A DNA stretch of 32,000 nucleotides from Pseudomonas aeruginosa (lineage in GTDB: Bacteria > Pseudomonadota > Gammaproteobacteria > Pseudomonadales > Pseudomonadaceae), in NCBI RefSeq assembly GCF_001457615.1, contig NZ_LN831024.1, forward strand, positions 90,001 to 122,000. The letters are read 5' to 3'. Made by a program: the position numbers and the translations under genes. Below the pieces are notes generated by a model. That model had not been told where the DNA came from. It saw nothing but the letters and a program-made list of their open reading frames with translations, and ran no database searches. Below, piece after piece: positions 1 to 9,649 of this stretch. Position 1 is the stretch's first letter. Each line of letters starts with the position of its first letter.

Positions 1-12
1 TTCTATGTCCAT
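1..12 (-). CDS. ppkA: possible 5' end of ppkA (Ser/Thr kinase), truncated by the window edge
   Basis: Minus strand reads ATG GAC ATA GAA immediately after the pppA stop; ppkA follows pppA in HSI-I. Only 4 codons are visible. Confidence 0.4.
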
Positions 13-19
13 GTCCGTC

Positions 20-748
20 TCAGAAGGCCCTGACCACCAGGGCCGTGATGTTGTCCGGGGCGCCGCGGGTCAGGCCCAGGTGGACCAGGCTGCGGACCAC
101 CGCATAGGGATCGCTGTGGCTGAGCACGTCGCGCAGTTCGCTGTCGTCGGCGGTCTTGTTGAGGCCGTCGCTGCAGAGCAGGAAGCTGTCGCCGGGCAGC
201 ACGTGCAGCGCGGCTTCTGACAGTTCCAGTTGCTCGTGCACGCCGACCGCGCGGGTGACCACGTTGGCGCGCGGATGGTGGCGCGCCTCTTCCTCGCTGA
301 TCAGTGCGTTGTCGAGCAGCTCCTGGACGTAGCTGTGGTCCCGCGAGATGGCTTCCAGCACGCCGCCGCGCAGGCGGTACAGGCGGCTGTCGCCGGCCCA
401 CAGGCAGCTCGCCTGGTTGCCGCGCGCGGCGAGCAGTACCAGGGTGCTGCCCATCACGCTGACGCCACGCAGGCCGGCCTCCTGGCGAACCCGCTCGTTG
501 ACCTGGGCGAGGCCGGTGCGCAACGCGCCGACATAGGCCGGTAGCGAGGAGGCCGCCGGGATGCGCCGCAGGGTATCGACGATCAGGCTGCTGACGAAGT
601 CGCCGGCGGCGTGGCCGCCCATGCCGTCGGCGACCACCCAGAGTCCCGCCTCGGGGGCGTCGAGACTGGCGTCTTCGTTGACCTTGCGGACCATGCCGAC
701 GTGGCTGTAGCTGGCCGACCTGTAGTAGCTGACTGAGTTGGGCACCAT
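20..748 (-). CDS. pppA: PppA, PP2C-type Ser/Thr phosphatase of the T6SS threonine phosphorylation pathway (242 aa)
   Basis: PP2C motifs VRKVNEDA, VVADGMGGHAAG, CLWAGDSRLYRLR, LLCSDGLNK, GAPDNITALVV; neighbour of tagF/tssM. Confidence 0.95.
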   Translation of the reverse strand: MVPNSVSYYRSASYSHVGMVRKVNEDASLDAPEAGLWVVADGMGGHAAGDFVSSLIVDTLRRIPAASSLPAYVGALRTGLAQVNERVRQEAGLRGVSVMGSTLVLLAARGNQASCLWAGDSRLYRLRGGVLEAISRDHSYVQELLDNALISEEEARHHPRANVVTRAVGVHEQLELSEAALHVLPGDSFLLCSDGLNKTADDSELRDVLSHSDPYAVVRSLVHLGLTRGAPDNITALVVRAF

Positions 749-757
749 CAGTTGTCC

Positions 758-1438
758 TTAACCGGGTATGCCGGGAAAGAGCGGGATCACCTCGCCCTCT
801 CCGGTGAGGAATCGTCCGAACGCCGGCGCCGGCGGCAGGCCCTGGTAGCGCATCAGGCCGGCGGAGATCCGTGCCGAGCCGCGTCCCCACCAGTGGCTGG
901 CGCCGTCGCAGGCGTGCTGGGCCAGCGCGGCGAGGCGCTGCGCCGGGGTCACCGCTTCGCTGCGCAGCAGGTTGCCGCTGATCAGCGATTGTTCGATGCG
1001 CGGTCCGCAGGGCGGTGCCGGGAGCTGCGCCACCGCCTGCTCGAAGGCCTCGACCTCGGCCTCCGGTTCGAGGGTGGAGAGCAGCAGGCTCTCGACCTGT
1101 TCGAACCAGCCGTCGTCGCCGCCGACCAGCCCGCCGAGGTCGGCGTTCGCCGGTAGCAGGCAGGCGACGGTCAGCGGGAAATAGCGACCGACCCGGTCGA
1201 TGCTCGGCATCACCACTCCGGTCACCGCTTCGCCGCCGAGCAGGCCGGGGGCGATGGCGAAGCGCCACAGCGGGCTGGTCAGGTAGGCGTCGAGCCAGGC
1301 CGCGCCGAGTTCGTCCTGGCTGGCGCGCATGCCGCTGGCCAGCCAGGCGTCCCAGGGTTCGACGAAGGTGTTCGGCAGGCCGCGGCTGACGAAATCGCCG
1401 CGGCCGGCCAGCTTGCCGTAGAAACCGACGCTGTTCAA
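758..1438 (-). CDS. tagF1: TagF1, T6SS post-translational regulator (226 aa, probable TTG start)
   Basis: The ORF track merges it into 758..4453. The real protein begins LNSVGFYGKLAGRGDFVSRGLP (TagF/DUF2094 signature). A TTG codon at 1436-1438 overlaps the tssM1 TGA at 1435-1437. Confidence 0.88.
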   Translation of the reverse strand: MNSVGFYGKLAGRGDFVSRGLPNTFVEPWDAWLASGMRASQDELGAAWLDAYLTSPLWRFAIAPGLLGGEAVTGVVMPSIDRVGRYFPLTVACLLPANADLGGLVGGDDGWFEQVESLLLSTLEPEAEVEAFEQAVAQLPAPPCGPRIEQSLISGNLLRSEAVTPAQRLAALAQHACDGASHWWGRGSARISAGLMRYQGLPPAPAFGRFLTGEGEVIPLFPGIPG

Positions 1439-4400
1439 AGGCGCTCCGGGAGGCTGAAGCCGGACACGACCCGGCTCTTGAAGGGGTTGAAGGCGCTGCT
1501 GGCGCGCAGCTCGCAGGCGATGCTGGAGCCGTCGATGCGCAGCCGCAGGGTGAAGCGGTCCGGCGAGTTGCCGCGTTCCAGGTCCGACTGGTCGAGCAGG
1601 CGGAACCAGGCCCAGGGGCCTTCCAGGGTCAGGCCGGAACGGCCGCTGCTGGGCGGCGGCGTCACGGTCAGGCGGACCACGCCGAGGCCGTTGGCGCTCG
1701 GCCACTGCATCGCCACCGGGCGGGCGGGGCCGTGGTCGTAGGTCAGCTGCTGGCCGTCGAGGTCGAGGATGAACTGGCTGATCGCCGCGTCCATGGTCAC
1801 CGGCTTGAGTTCGAAGCGCACCGCCGGCTGCATGCCGCCGGAGCGGAAGAAGGCGTCGCGGATCGCCGCTGCGCGCTGGAAGGTGTGCAGCACGCCGGGG
1901 TTGATGCCGAGCTTCTGCGCCGCGCCGGGCTGCCAGCGCCAGGTGCTGGCGGAGGTGTCGACGTAGGGTTGCAGGTACTGGCGGAAGTAGCTGTCCATCA
2001 CCCCACCGGCACCGAAGAAGTGGCCGAAGTCCTCCAGGGTGGCGTCGCGCGAACTGCCGGCGGCGATCGGGTAGCGCCCGGCCAGGGACTGCCGGTAGAC
2101 GCTGACCACGTCGCTGATCCAGGCCGCGTTGAGCTGGTTGCGCACGCTGCCCATCATGCTGCTGGTAGTGGAGTTGACCACGTTCTTCACCAGGCCCTGG
2201 ACCACCGGCGGCTGGCGCTCGGCGCTGAGGGCCACGCGCGAGGCGGCGGCGGCCACCTGGTTCTTGGCGTCGCCGAGCAGCGAGTCGCCGCTGGCTCCGG
2301 CCATGGCGCTGACCTGCACGTAGAGCGCGTTCATGTCCTCCAGCAGGCTGTCGATCGGCGCCGGCTCGTTGCCGCCCTCGCCCTTGCTGACCAGGCTGTT
2401 GAGTTCGGCGAAGTGGGCGCTGATCGGGTCGCTGTCGGCCTGCTGCGGCTGTTCGCGGGCGCCCTCCTCCTCCTCCTGGCCGACCAGCGAGCCGAGGCGC
2501 TGCTTGAGCTTGTCCACGGTGCCGTCGGCGGCCTTCTTCACTTGCGCGGCGACCAGCCGGTCGCCCTTCTGCAGGTCGGTCTCGCGGGCCACTGCCTCGA
2601 GCAGCTTGCGGAACGGCGAGGTCGGTCCGGAGAGAATGCGCAGCACGTCGGCGGCCTGGGTGACATTGGTGATCGGCACCACGGTGAGGTCGGCGAGCAG
2701 GTCGTCCCACTGCCGCAGGTAGTCCTGGAAATACAGGCGACGCACGTCGAGGGCCAGGTTGGCGGCGTCGCCGGCATCGTTCAGGTCGCGCCCGAGCACC
2801 CACTGTTCCTCGGCGATGGTGCCGGCCTGGCTGAGGCTGGCGGTGAGGAACACCTCGCGATAGCCGCGGTAGGTGAAGAAGCCGCTGAGCGGGTCGGTGA
2901 GCGGCTTGCCGCTCTTGCGCGCGAACACCAGCGGCGCGTCGCGGCCGGCGGCGTCGCTGATGCGGAAGTCGGGCACGTCCTTGGGCAGCCTCTGCCGCTT
3001 GACCCGGTCGTAGACCCGCTGCGCCACCGGCAGTTGCTGCAACTGGCGGCGCAGGTCCTCGACCAGGTCCTGGTCCAGGCGCGCCGACGGCGGCCGTCGT
3101 TCGAGCAACGCGTCGAGGTGCGCGTGCAGCGCCTGGCGCTGTTCCGGCGAGAGGTCGCGCGGCAGGTTGCGTTCCCAGTCGAGGCTGATCCAGGCCTTGA
3201 TGAAGTCGGCGTCGTAATGGTCCGGGCTGCCGAGCATCAGGTAGGCCTTCAGGCCCTCGTAGAGGAAATCGCTGCTGCCGCCGGAGCGCAACTGTTCCTC
3301 GATGCGGGTCACCAGGCGCGGGGCGAACACCGCGATCAGCAGCTTGCGGTAGACGCTGGCGGACTCCTCGCCGAGCATGTCGCCCTGGTACAGCCCGTAG
3401 CCTTCGGCCCAGCTCGGCGCGTCGCCGGCGAGATTCTGCACCGCGTTGAGCTGTGGCAGTACGGCCAGGACGTCGCGCTGGGCCGGGCTCAGCGACTCGA
3501 TGCCGCGCGCCAGCGGGTCGACGCGCTGGTCGACCGCGGCGATGTAGCTCTGGTTGGCGCGGTAGCTGGCGATCCATACCGCCGTCACCGCCAGCACCAC
3601 CAGCGCGGTGGCGCTCAGCGCGCCGATGGTCAGCCACTTGCGGCGGCGCTCGACCTTCGGGTTGGTGCCGACCAGGCCGCGTTCGCCGAATGCCACTTCG
3701 CGGAACAGCCGCTCGATGAAGTAGCTGCGCCCGGTTCCGGTCTGCCGCGCCAGGTGCTGGCGGTCGAGGTTCATCGACTGCGCCATGCTGCCGATCAGGC
3801 GGTCGATCGGACTGCCTTCCTGGGTTCCGCTGGTGAAATACAGGCCGCGCAACAGCGGGCGTTCCTCGTAGGGGTTGGGCTTGAACACGCCGTTGAGGAA
3901 CTCGCCGAGGCATTCGCGCAGGGCGGCGAATTGCTGCGGGAAGCCGTAGACCAGGTCGCGCCGCGCCGGGTCGCGCTCCTGCTGCAGGCGTTCCACCAGG
4001 CGCGCGGTGAGACGCTGTTCGAGCAGGGCGAATTCGCTGTCGAACACCGCCAGCGGGCCTTCCGCGCTCTTGCCGTCGTCGAGGGCGAAGGTCATCCCCC
4101 AGACCTGCGCGCGTTCCTCGCGGTTCAGGCTGTCGAAGAACTCCATGAAGCCCGGCACCAGGTCGAACTTGGTCAGCATCACGTAGATCGGGAAGCGCAC
4201 CCCGAGCTGCTGGTACAGCTCCTGGATGCGTGCGCGGATCGCCTGGGCATGGGCGGCGCGCTCGGCGTCGCTGCCCAGCAGCAGGTCGGAAAGGCTGATG
4301 GCGATGAACGCGCCATCGATGGGGCGGCGCTTGCGCTGGGTCTTGAGCAGGTCGAGGAAGCCCAGCCAGGCGGCCTTGTCCACCTGGGCGTGGCTGTCCT

Positions 4401-4968
4401 GGGTGGTATAGCGGCCGGCGGTGTCCAGCAGCACCGCTTCGTCGGTGAACCACCAGTCGCAGTTGCGCGTGCCGCCGACCCCGCGGATCGCCCCGGCGCC
4501 CATCTGTGCGGCGAGCGGGAAGTCGAGGCCGGAATTCATCAGCGCGGTGGTCTTGCCCGAACCGGGCGGGCCGATGATCACGTACCAGGGCAACTCGTAC
4601 AGGTTGCGCCGCTCGCTGCCGCCCAGCTTGGCCCGCTTGAGCAGGGCCAGGGCCTCGTCCATGCGTTGCTTGAGGGTCGCCAGCTCTTCGGCGGTGGCGA
4701 CGCTGGCGGCGTCCGGCGCGCTGACCTCGGCGAGACTCTGCATGACCTTCGCCGCGTTGCGCCGGGCCTGCACGATGCGCAGCACGCGGAAGCCGATCCA
4801 GACCAGGAACAGCAGGACGATCAGCACCCAGCGGCTGGTCGCCGAGGCCAACGGTTCGTAGTTGCCCAGGCGCAGCAGCGGGCCGAGGAACCAGATGATC
4901 AGGCTCAGGGCGAGCAGGCCGAGCACCGGCACCACCCAGCGCGCGAAGAAGTTGAGGAAGCCTTTCAT
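1435..4968 (-). CDS. tssM1: TssM1/IcmF1 inner-membrane protein (1177 aa)
   Basis: N-terminal transmembrane segments, Walker A GPPGSGKTT, IcmF family features (EEAVLLDTAGRY, PIYVMLTKFDLVPGF), type VI secretion C-terminal domain. Confidence 0.97.
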   Translation of the reverse strand: MKGFLNFFARWVVPVLGLLALSLIIWFLGPLLRLGNYEPLASATSRWVLIVLLFLVWIGFRVLRIVQARRNAAKVMQSLAEVSAPDAASVATAEELATLKQRMDEALALLKRAKLGGSERRNLYELPWYVIIGPPGSGKTTALMNSGLDFPLAAQMGAGAIRGVGGTRNCDWWFTDEAVLLDTAGRYTTQDSHAQVDKAAWLGFLDLLKTQRKRRPIDGAFIAISLSDLLLGSDAERAAHAQAIRARIQELYQQLGVRFPIYVMLTKFDLVPGFMEFFDSLNREERAQVWGMTFALDDGKSAEGPLAVFDSEFALLEQRLTARLVERLQQERDPARRDLVYGFPQQFAALRECLGEFLNGVFKPNPYEERPLLRGLYFTSGTQEGSPIDRLIGSMAQSMNLDRQHLARQTGTGRSYFIERLFREVAFGERGLVGTNPKVERRRKWLTIGALSATALVVLAVTAVWIASYRANQSYIAAVDQRVDPLARGIESLSPAQRDVLAVLPQLNAVQNLAGDAPSWAEGYGLYQGDMLGEESASVYRKLLIAVFAPRLVTRIEEQLRSGGSSDFLYEGLKAYLMLGSPDHYDADFIKAWISLDWERNLPRDLSPEQRQALHAHLDALLERRPPSARLDQDLVEDLRRQLQQLPVAQRVYDRVKRQRLPKDVPDFRISDAAGRDAPLVFARKSGKPLTDPLSGFFTYRGYREVFLTASLSQAGTIAEEQWVLGRDLNDAGDAANLALDVRRLYFQDYLRQWDDLLADLTVVPITNVTQAADVLRILSGPTSPFRKLLEAVARETDLQKGDRLVAAQVKKAADGTVDKLKQRLGSLVGQEEEEGAREQPQQADSDPISAHFAELNSLVSKGEGGNEPAPIDSLLEDMNALYVQVSAMAGASGDSLLGDAKNQVAAAASRVALSAERQPPVVQGLVKNVVNSTTSSMMGSVRNQLNAAWISDVVSVYRQSLAGRYPIAAGSSRDATLEDFGHFFGAGGVMDSYFRQYLQPYVDTSASTWRWQPGAAQKLGINPGVLHTFQRAAAIRDAFFRSGGMQPAVRFELKPVTMDAAISQFILDLDGQQLTYDHGPARPVAMQWPSANGLGVVRLTVTPPPSSGRSGLTLEGPWAWFRLLDQSDLERGNSPDRFTLRLRIDGSSIACELRASSAFNPFKSRVVSGFSLPERL

Positions 4969-6314
4969 TGCGCGCCCTCCGCGAATACGGTGATTTCCAC
5001 CCGGCGGTTGCGTGCGCGGCCTTCGGCGCTGGCGTTGCTCGCCACCGGCTCGGTGTCGCTGCGCCCTTCGGCGGTGAAGCGGCCGGCGTCGCCGGTGGTC
5101 GCGCCGAGCAGGTCGGCGACCTCCTGGGCGCGGGCCTGGGACAGTTTCCAGTTGGACGGGTAGCGCAGCGTGGCGATCGGCCGGTTGTCGCTATGGCCGG
5201 TGACCAGCACCTGGCCCTTGACCTTGCGCAGGGCGTCGGCGATGCGCAGCAGCAGCGGCTGGAACTCGTCGCGCACGCTGGCGCTGGCGCTGGCGAACAG
5301 CTCGTCGCCGCGGATGGTCACCACCGAGCGGTCGACGGCGTCCTCCACCGCCACTCGCTGGGCCTTGATGTCGTCGGCGAGGAAGCGCGCCAGGCGTGGC
5401 CGCTCGATCACCCGCGGCTGCACCGCCGGGCGGTCGATGGCCTGCACCGGGATCTCGCCGATGGCGTGGATGCGCTTGAACACCGGCTCGGCGTCGGCGG
5501 CCAGCTTCATCCGCAGGCCGAACAGCAAGGCCAGCAGCAAGGCCAGGCCGATGGCGATACCGACCCACGGCGGCAGGTATTGCGAAAGGCGGTCGCGCAT
5601 CACGCTGAGGCCGCGCCAGTGCGGCGACAGTTCGTGCTCGTACTCGCCGCGGGTGCTGCGGATCACCGCCGCGGTGCGCTCGCGCAGCGCCTCCAGTTGG
5701 CTGCGGCCGTCGTGCATGACCCGGTAGCGGCCTTCGAAGCCGAGGCTGGTGCACAGGTACAGCAGCTCCAGCAGGTGCAGGCGCTGGTGCGGGTTCTGCA
5801 GGCAGTGTTCGAGCAACTGGAAGACCTTCTCGCCGCCCCAGGCCTCGTTGTGCAGGGTGATCAGCAGGCTCTGCTTGCCCCAGTCGCTGGTGCTGCCCCA
5901 CGGCGTGCTGAGCACCGCTTCGTCGAGGGCGGTGCAGAGCACGTAGCGCGCCAGCATCACTTCGTCCGGCGCTACGCCGGCCTGGCGTGCCTTCTCCTCG
6001 AACTGGCGCAGGTAGCCGAGCAGTTGCGCGCGCAGGCTGGCCGGCGCCGGATGGGCGATGGTGTTGCGCAGGCGGGTGAGCATCGCCAGCAGTGGGCCGG
6101 CGGCCTGCTCCAGCGGGTTGAGGCCGTCGCCGCGGCCGCTCAGCGGCGCCAGGCTGGCCATCGGCGGCGGCGTGTAGGGATCGCCGCCGCGAGGACCGCC
6201 GGCCGGTTCCGGGGCGCGGCCGCCGGGACGCGGCATGATCATGGTGCGGTCGTCGGGCGGGCTTCCGTTGCCGCCGCCGGCCGGGGTGCCGAAGGGATCG
6301 TCGATGGGAGGCAT
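4965..6314 (-). CDS. tssL1: TssL1/DotU with C-terminal OmpA/MotB-like peptidoglycan-binding domain (449 aa)
   Basis: DotU region (LRNTIAHPAPASLRAQLLGYLRQFEEKARQAGV...YVLCTALDEAVLSTPWG), one TM helix, then OmpA-like VTGHSDNRPIATLRYPSNWKLSQARAQEVADLL. Overlaps tssM1 by 4 nt. Confidence 0.96.
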   Translation of the reverse strand: MPPIDDPFGTPAGGGNGSPPDDRTMIMPRPGGRAPEPAGGPRGGDPYTPPPMASLAPLSGRGDGLNPLEQAAGPLLAMLTRLRNTIAHPAPASLRAQLLGYLRQFEEKARQAGVAPDEVMLARYVLCTALDEAVLSTPWGSTSDWGKQSLLITLHNEAWGGEKVFQLLEHCLQNPHQRLHLLELLYLCTSLGFEGRYRVMHDGRSQLEALRERTAAVIRSTRGEYEHELSPHWRGLSVMRDRLSQYLPPWVGIAIGLALLLALLFGLRMKLAADAEPVFKRIHAIGEIPVQAIDRPAVQPRVIERPRLARFLADDIKAQRVAVEDAVDRSVVTIRGDELFASASASVRDEFQPLLLRIADALRKVKGQVLVTGHSDNRPIATLRYPSNWKLSQARAQEVADLLGATTGDAGRFTAEGRSDTEPVASNASAEGRARNRRVEITVFAEGAQ

Positions 6315-6320
6315 CGTTGC

Positions 6321-7655
6321 TTATCCTCGAATGGCCCAGAAGGCCAGGTTCAGCCCGGGGAACTGGCCGGCGATGTGGAAGGCGAAGCCGCCGGAGTGCG
6401 TCAGCTGCTTCCAATGCGCGCTGCCGCGGTCCAGTTCGAAATAGGTGGAGCCGGCGTGGTAGGGGATCTGCCGCGGCGCCACCGGCATCGGCAGCAGGCC
6501 GATACCCGGCAGTTGCAGGTTGACCAGGTCGCGGATGTGCTCCACCGAGCCGACCTTGGCCTGCTGCGGGAAGTGCCCGCGCAGGCTCTCGCCGGGGACG
6601 TCGGCGCGCACCACCAGGACGAAGCTGGCGTTGTCGATCAGGCTGCGGTCGCTGAGCATCGCGACGTGCACGCCGTAGGCCTTCTCGACGATCGGGATGG
6701 CGATCGCCTTGGCGTCGATCACCGTCGCCAGCGCCTGGCGCAGGGCGAGCATCACCGGGGCGAAGCTGGCGGCCAGGTCGTCGTGGTTGTACACCGGGTA
6801 CTCCTCGGGACGCCGCTGGCTGGCGGTGAAGGTACAGAACTCGCCGGCCAGGGCCACCAGTTCGCGGTACAGCTCCTGCGGGTGCAGCGGGCGCACGCGG
6901 GACAGGTGACCGGTGAGGGCCTCGGCGCGGTTGACCAGTTGCAGCAGCAGGAAGTCGGCGATTTCCGAGGCGCCCCCGGCGCTGGATGCCACCACCCGCC
7001 CGGCGAGGGCTTCGCCGCGCTGGTGGAGCAGGCCCAGCAGCTCCTTGGCGAAGGACGCCAGGGGCGGCGCGGCGGCAATGTCGAGCACCGGCGGCAGGTA
7101 GTCCTCGTCCAGGCTCAGGGCCTGGTCCGCGCGCTTCTCGCGGACCCGCGCGACGCCCACCGCGGCGTATTCGCCGAGGCCGTCGCGCTCGGTCAGCAGG
7201 CGGAACGCCTGGCTGCCCAGGGCCACCGGGGCGCGGCTCTCGAAGGCGGCATTGTCGTCGCGCACTTCCTGCACCTGGCTGACGTAGCGGGCGCCGCCGA
7301 GGGCCTCGCCCTCCTCTACCGTGTCGCGGGTGCCGACCCGCTTCAGCGGCAGGCCGAGGTAGACGATGCCATCGCGCAGGCTTTCCTCGACATTCAGCGG
7401 CGCCGGCGCCGGATCGTCGGCGGGGATGTTGAACGGCGTACCATCCGGCAGCACGCCGCGGGCGCTGACGATGGCCAGCTTGCCCTGGGTCAGCAGGGCA
7501 TCGTCCAGCTTCAGCTCGGAAAAGCCCCAGCCGCCCGCCAGGAGCGAGCGGCAGCGGCCATCCACCAGGGTTTCCAGGTAGCGGTCGTGCTGCTGGAAAT
7601 GCTGTGGCCGCAGGAACATGCCTTCGGACCACACCACGCGGTTATTCCAGGACAT
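6321..7655 (-). CDS. tssK1: TssK1 baseplate-membrane complex connector (444 aa)
   Basis: N-terminus MSWNNRVVWSEGMFLRPQHFQQHDRYLE is typical of TssK/ImpJ/VasE. Confidence 0.97.
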   Translation of the reverse strand: MSWNNRVVWSEGMFLRPQHFQQHDRYLETLVDGRCRSLLAGGWGFSELKLDDALLTQGKLAIVSARGVLPDGTPFNIPADDPAPAPLNVEESLRDGIVYLGLPLKRVGTRDTVEEGEALGGARYVSQVQEVRDDNAAFESRAPVALGSQAFRLLTERDGLGEYAAVGVARVREKRADQALSLDEDYLPPVLDIAAAPPLASFAKELLGLLHQRGEALAGRVVASSAGGASEIADFLLLQLVNRAEALTGHLSRVRPLHPQELYRELVALAGEFCTFTASQRRPEEYPVYNHDDLAASFAPVMLALRQALATVIDAKAIAIPIVEKAYGVHVAMLSDRSLIDNASFVLVVRADVPGESLRGHFPQQAKVGSVEHIRDLVNLQLPGIGLLPMPVAPRQIPYHAGSTYFELDRGSAHWKQLTHSGGFAFHIAGQFPGLNLAFWAIRG

Positions 7656-7670
7656 AGGGACTCCGAAGGT

Positions 7671-8135
7671 TCAGGGCGCGGGACGCGCGACGATGCCGAT
7701 GGCCTGCGCGCCGAGCGTGATGTCGAGATGGCTGGTGCGTTGCCCCGGCACGTCGAGGACCTGGCGCCAGGTGGCGCGGTCGAGGTCGCGGTAGGCGGCG
7801 ACGAAACCGAGCTGGCGGGTCTGCTCGTCGAGCGTGCGTTCGATGCGCCGTTCCTCGCCCGGACGCAGGAGGAACTCGTCCTGCTCCACCAGGTCGCCAC
7901 CGAGGGTCGACTGGGCGTTGTCGGTGAGGGCGAAGTAGTCGGCGCGGCCGAACGCGGTGTCTTTCTTCAGCTCGTACAGCCGCAGGCGCAGCGGCGCCGC
8001 CTGGCCGGCGGCGGACGGGTTGAGGTTCGGTGCGGCGTGGAGCCAGATCACCACCCGGGTCGGCGGGGTTTCCGGCGGGCTGGACGAACAGGCGGCGAGC
8101 AGCAGCCCGAACAGCGCGACGATCAGTTTCTGCAT
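7671..8135 (-). CDS. tssJ1: TssJ1 outer-membrane lipoprotein (154 aa)
   Basis: Lipoprotein signal LFGLLLAACSSS (lipobox LAAC), VVIWLHAAPNLNPSAAGQAAPLRLRLYELK as in TssJ/VasD/Lip. Confidence 0.95.
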   Translation of the reverse strand: MQKLIVALFGLLLAACSSSPPETPPTRVVIWLHAAPNLNPSAAGQAAPLRLRLYELKKDTAFGRADYFALTDNAQSTLGGDLVEQDEFLLRPGEERRIERTLDEQTRQLGFVAAYRDLDRATWRQVLDVPGQRTSHLDITLGAQAIGIVARPAP

Positions 8136-8179
8136 GGTGTCGTCCTCATTGACGTTGTTTCTCCTGGTGTTCGTTGGCG

Positions 8180-9649
8180 TCAGGAACGCCGTAGTCGAGC
8201 GCTGTGTTCCTCGTAGGCGCGGCTGAATTCGCGGCCGAAAAGCTCCTGGAAGTCGTCCTCCGCCTCGCGCAGGATCTTCGCGTACAGCTCGGTGAAACTG
8301 TCCCAGTTCTGTGCCTGGCGGGCCCCCGGCAGCAGGCCGGAAAGCCCGGCCGGCTTGCCGAAGCGGGCTTCCAGCGCGGCCGGTTCGAAGCGCGCCAGCA
8401 GGTGGCGGATGGCGGCCTGCACGCCGGCCATCACCGCCAGCTGGTGCGCCTTGAGGTCTTCGAAGCTGTCGGCCACCGCGCGATCCGGCGCCATGAACGC
8501 CTGGTTGTCGCGGCGCAGCAGGAGCAGCATGGCCTCGTCGACGTTCGGCGCGAACTTCAGCGGGTTGTTCTGCACCGGCTGGATCATGGTCTGCGCCATG
8601 CGGAACTCGCCCTTCAGGCTGGCCCGCGCGCGCAGCACGTCCACCAGTCCTTCCACCAGGCCGCGATAGCTGCGGCCGATGGCTTCCATCTGCGCTTCGG
8701 CGCCGGCCGGGTCGACCTTCAACTGGGTCATGCCGGCGCCGCGCAGGAACGCTTGCAGCAGGTCGCCGCCGGCCGACGCGGCGGCGCTTGCCGGCGGCGT
8801 CGGCGCCGCCACGCTCGCTGGCTGTGGCTGTGGCTGTGGCTGTGGCTGTGGCTGTGGCTGTTGGGTGATCCCTGGGTCGGCGAAGGGCATCGCCAGCGGC
8901 GTCGGTTCGGCCGTCGGCAGCGGCTGGGCGACGGGCGTGGCGCTTGGCGCGGGCGTGTTGCCGAGCAGTTCGGCGAACGGGTCCCAGTCGGCCGGAATCA
9001 GCGGTGCGCCGCCAGCGGGCGGTGGCGCCGGGGTGGTCGCGGGGGGCGGCGGGATCACCGGTTCCGGCGGGCGGAAGTCGTGCTGTTCGGCCGGTACATG
9101 GTCCGGACGCGGCGCCGCGCCGGGCGGCGGCGGGGTGAGGAAGTCGAACAGGTCGGGCTTGGTGTCCAGCGGCGAGCCGCCCTGGAAATGCGCCGTCACC
9201 GCGGGGTGCGGGGTGGGCGCCGGTTCGGCGAAGGCAGGCGCCGATCCGGCGGCCTGCCGGCTCATCAGGGCGTCGAAGCTGGTGAACGGATCGGTCTGCG
9301 GATTGCCGCTGCCGGGCAGGGCGATGTCATGGCCGAGCTGGACGAGGATGTCGTATTCGCCGAGGCGGACGGTCTCGCCGTCCTGCAGCGGCTCGCTGTT
9401 GCCGCGGCGCAGGCGGTGCCCGGCATTGACCAGCAGCACGCCGTTGGTGCTGGTGTCGGTGAGGTAGTACACCCCGTCGCGGTTGAGGATGGTGCAGTGG
9501 CGGCTGGAGACCAGGCGCTCCGGGTCCGGCAGGACCCAGTCGTTGTCCGGGCCCCGACCGATGGTCAGCTGTCCCTGGTCCAGTACCTTTTCCGAACACT
9601 GACCGGGGGTCAGCTTGTGGTAGCTGGTGATGGTCAATCGCAGCGGCAT
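8180..9649 (-). CDS. fha1: Fha1/TagH1, FHA-domain T6SS scaffold (489 aa from the ATG at 9649)
   Basis: FHA domain (LTIGRGPDNDWVLPDPERLVSSRHCTILNRDGVYYLTDTSTNGVLLVN), Pro/Gln-rich linker, conserved C-terminal domain. AAGGAG Shine-Dalgarno precedes the ATG at 9649; the tracked ORF start at 9772 lies far upstream. Confidence 0.95.
   Translation of the reverse strand: MPLRLTITSYHKLTPGQCSEKVLDQGQLTIGRGPDNDWVLPDPERLVSSRHCTILNRDGVYYLTDTSTNGVLLVNAGHRLRRGNSEPLQDGETVRLGEYDILVQLGHDIALPGSGNPQTDPFTSFDALMSRQAAGSAPAFAEPAPTPHPAVTAHFQGGSPLDTKPDLFDFLTPPPPGAAPRPDHVPAEQHDFRPPEPVIPPPPATTPAPPPAGGAPLIPADWDPFAELLGNTPAPSATPVAQPLPTAEPTPLAMPFADPGITQQPQPQPQPQPQPQPASVAAPTPPASAAASAGGDLLQAFLRGAGMTQLKVDPAGAEAQMEAIGRSYRGLVEGLVDVLRARASLKGEFRMAQTMIQPVQNNPLKFAPNVDEAMLLLLRRDNQAFMAPDRAVADSFEDLKAHQLAVMAGVQAAIRHLLARFEPAALEARFGKPAGLSGLLPGARQAQNWDSFTELYAKILREAEDDFQELFGREFSRAYEEHSARLRRS
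8820..8861. repeat. perfect hexanucleotide tandem repeat (GGCTGT)x7 coding for Gln-Pro dipeptides in Fha1
   Basis: Direct read: seven consecutive GGCTGT units, encoding ...QPQPQPQPQPQPQP... on the minus strand. Confidence 0.97.

Noticed and set aside
758-4453. The 1231-aa minus ORF as one giant protein
   Set aside because: Only its last ~226 codons (TagF1) are coherent; the rest is Arg/Pro/Ala-rich out-of-frame translation of tssM1.
1732-5163. 1143-aa plus-strand ORF antisense to tssM1
   Set aside because: Low-complexity Val/Ala/Gly/Gln/His-rich translation typical of the antisense frame of GC-rich genes; fully overlaps a clear tssM1.
4968-8216. 1082-aa plus-strand ORF antisense to tssL1, tssK1 and tssJ1
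   Set aside because: Spans three well-supported minus-strand genes and has no recognisable domain; explained by high GC lowering stop frequency.
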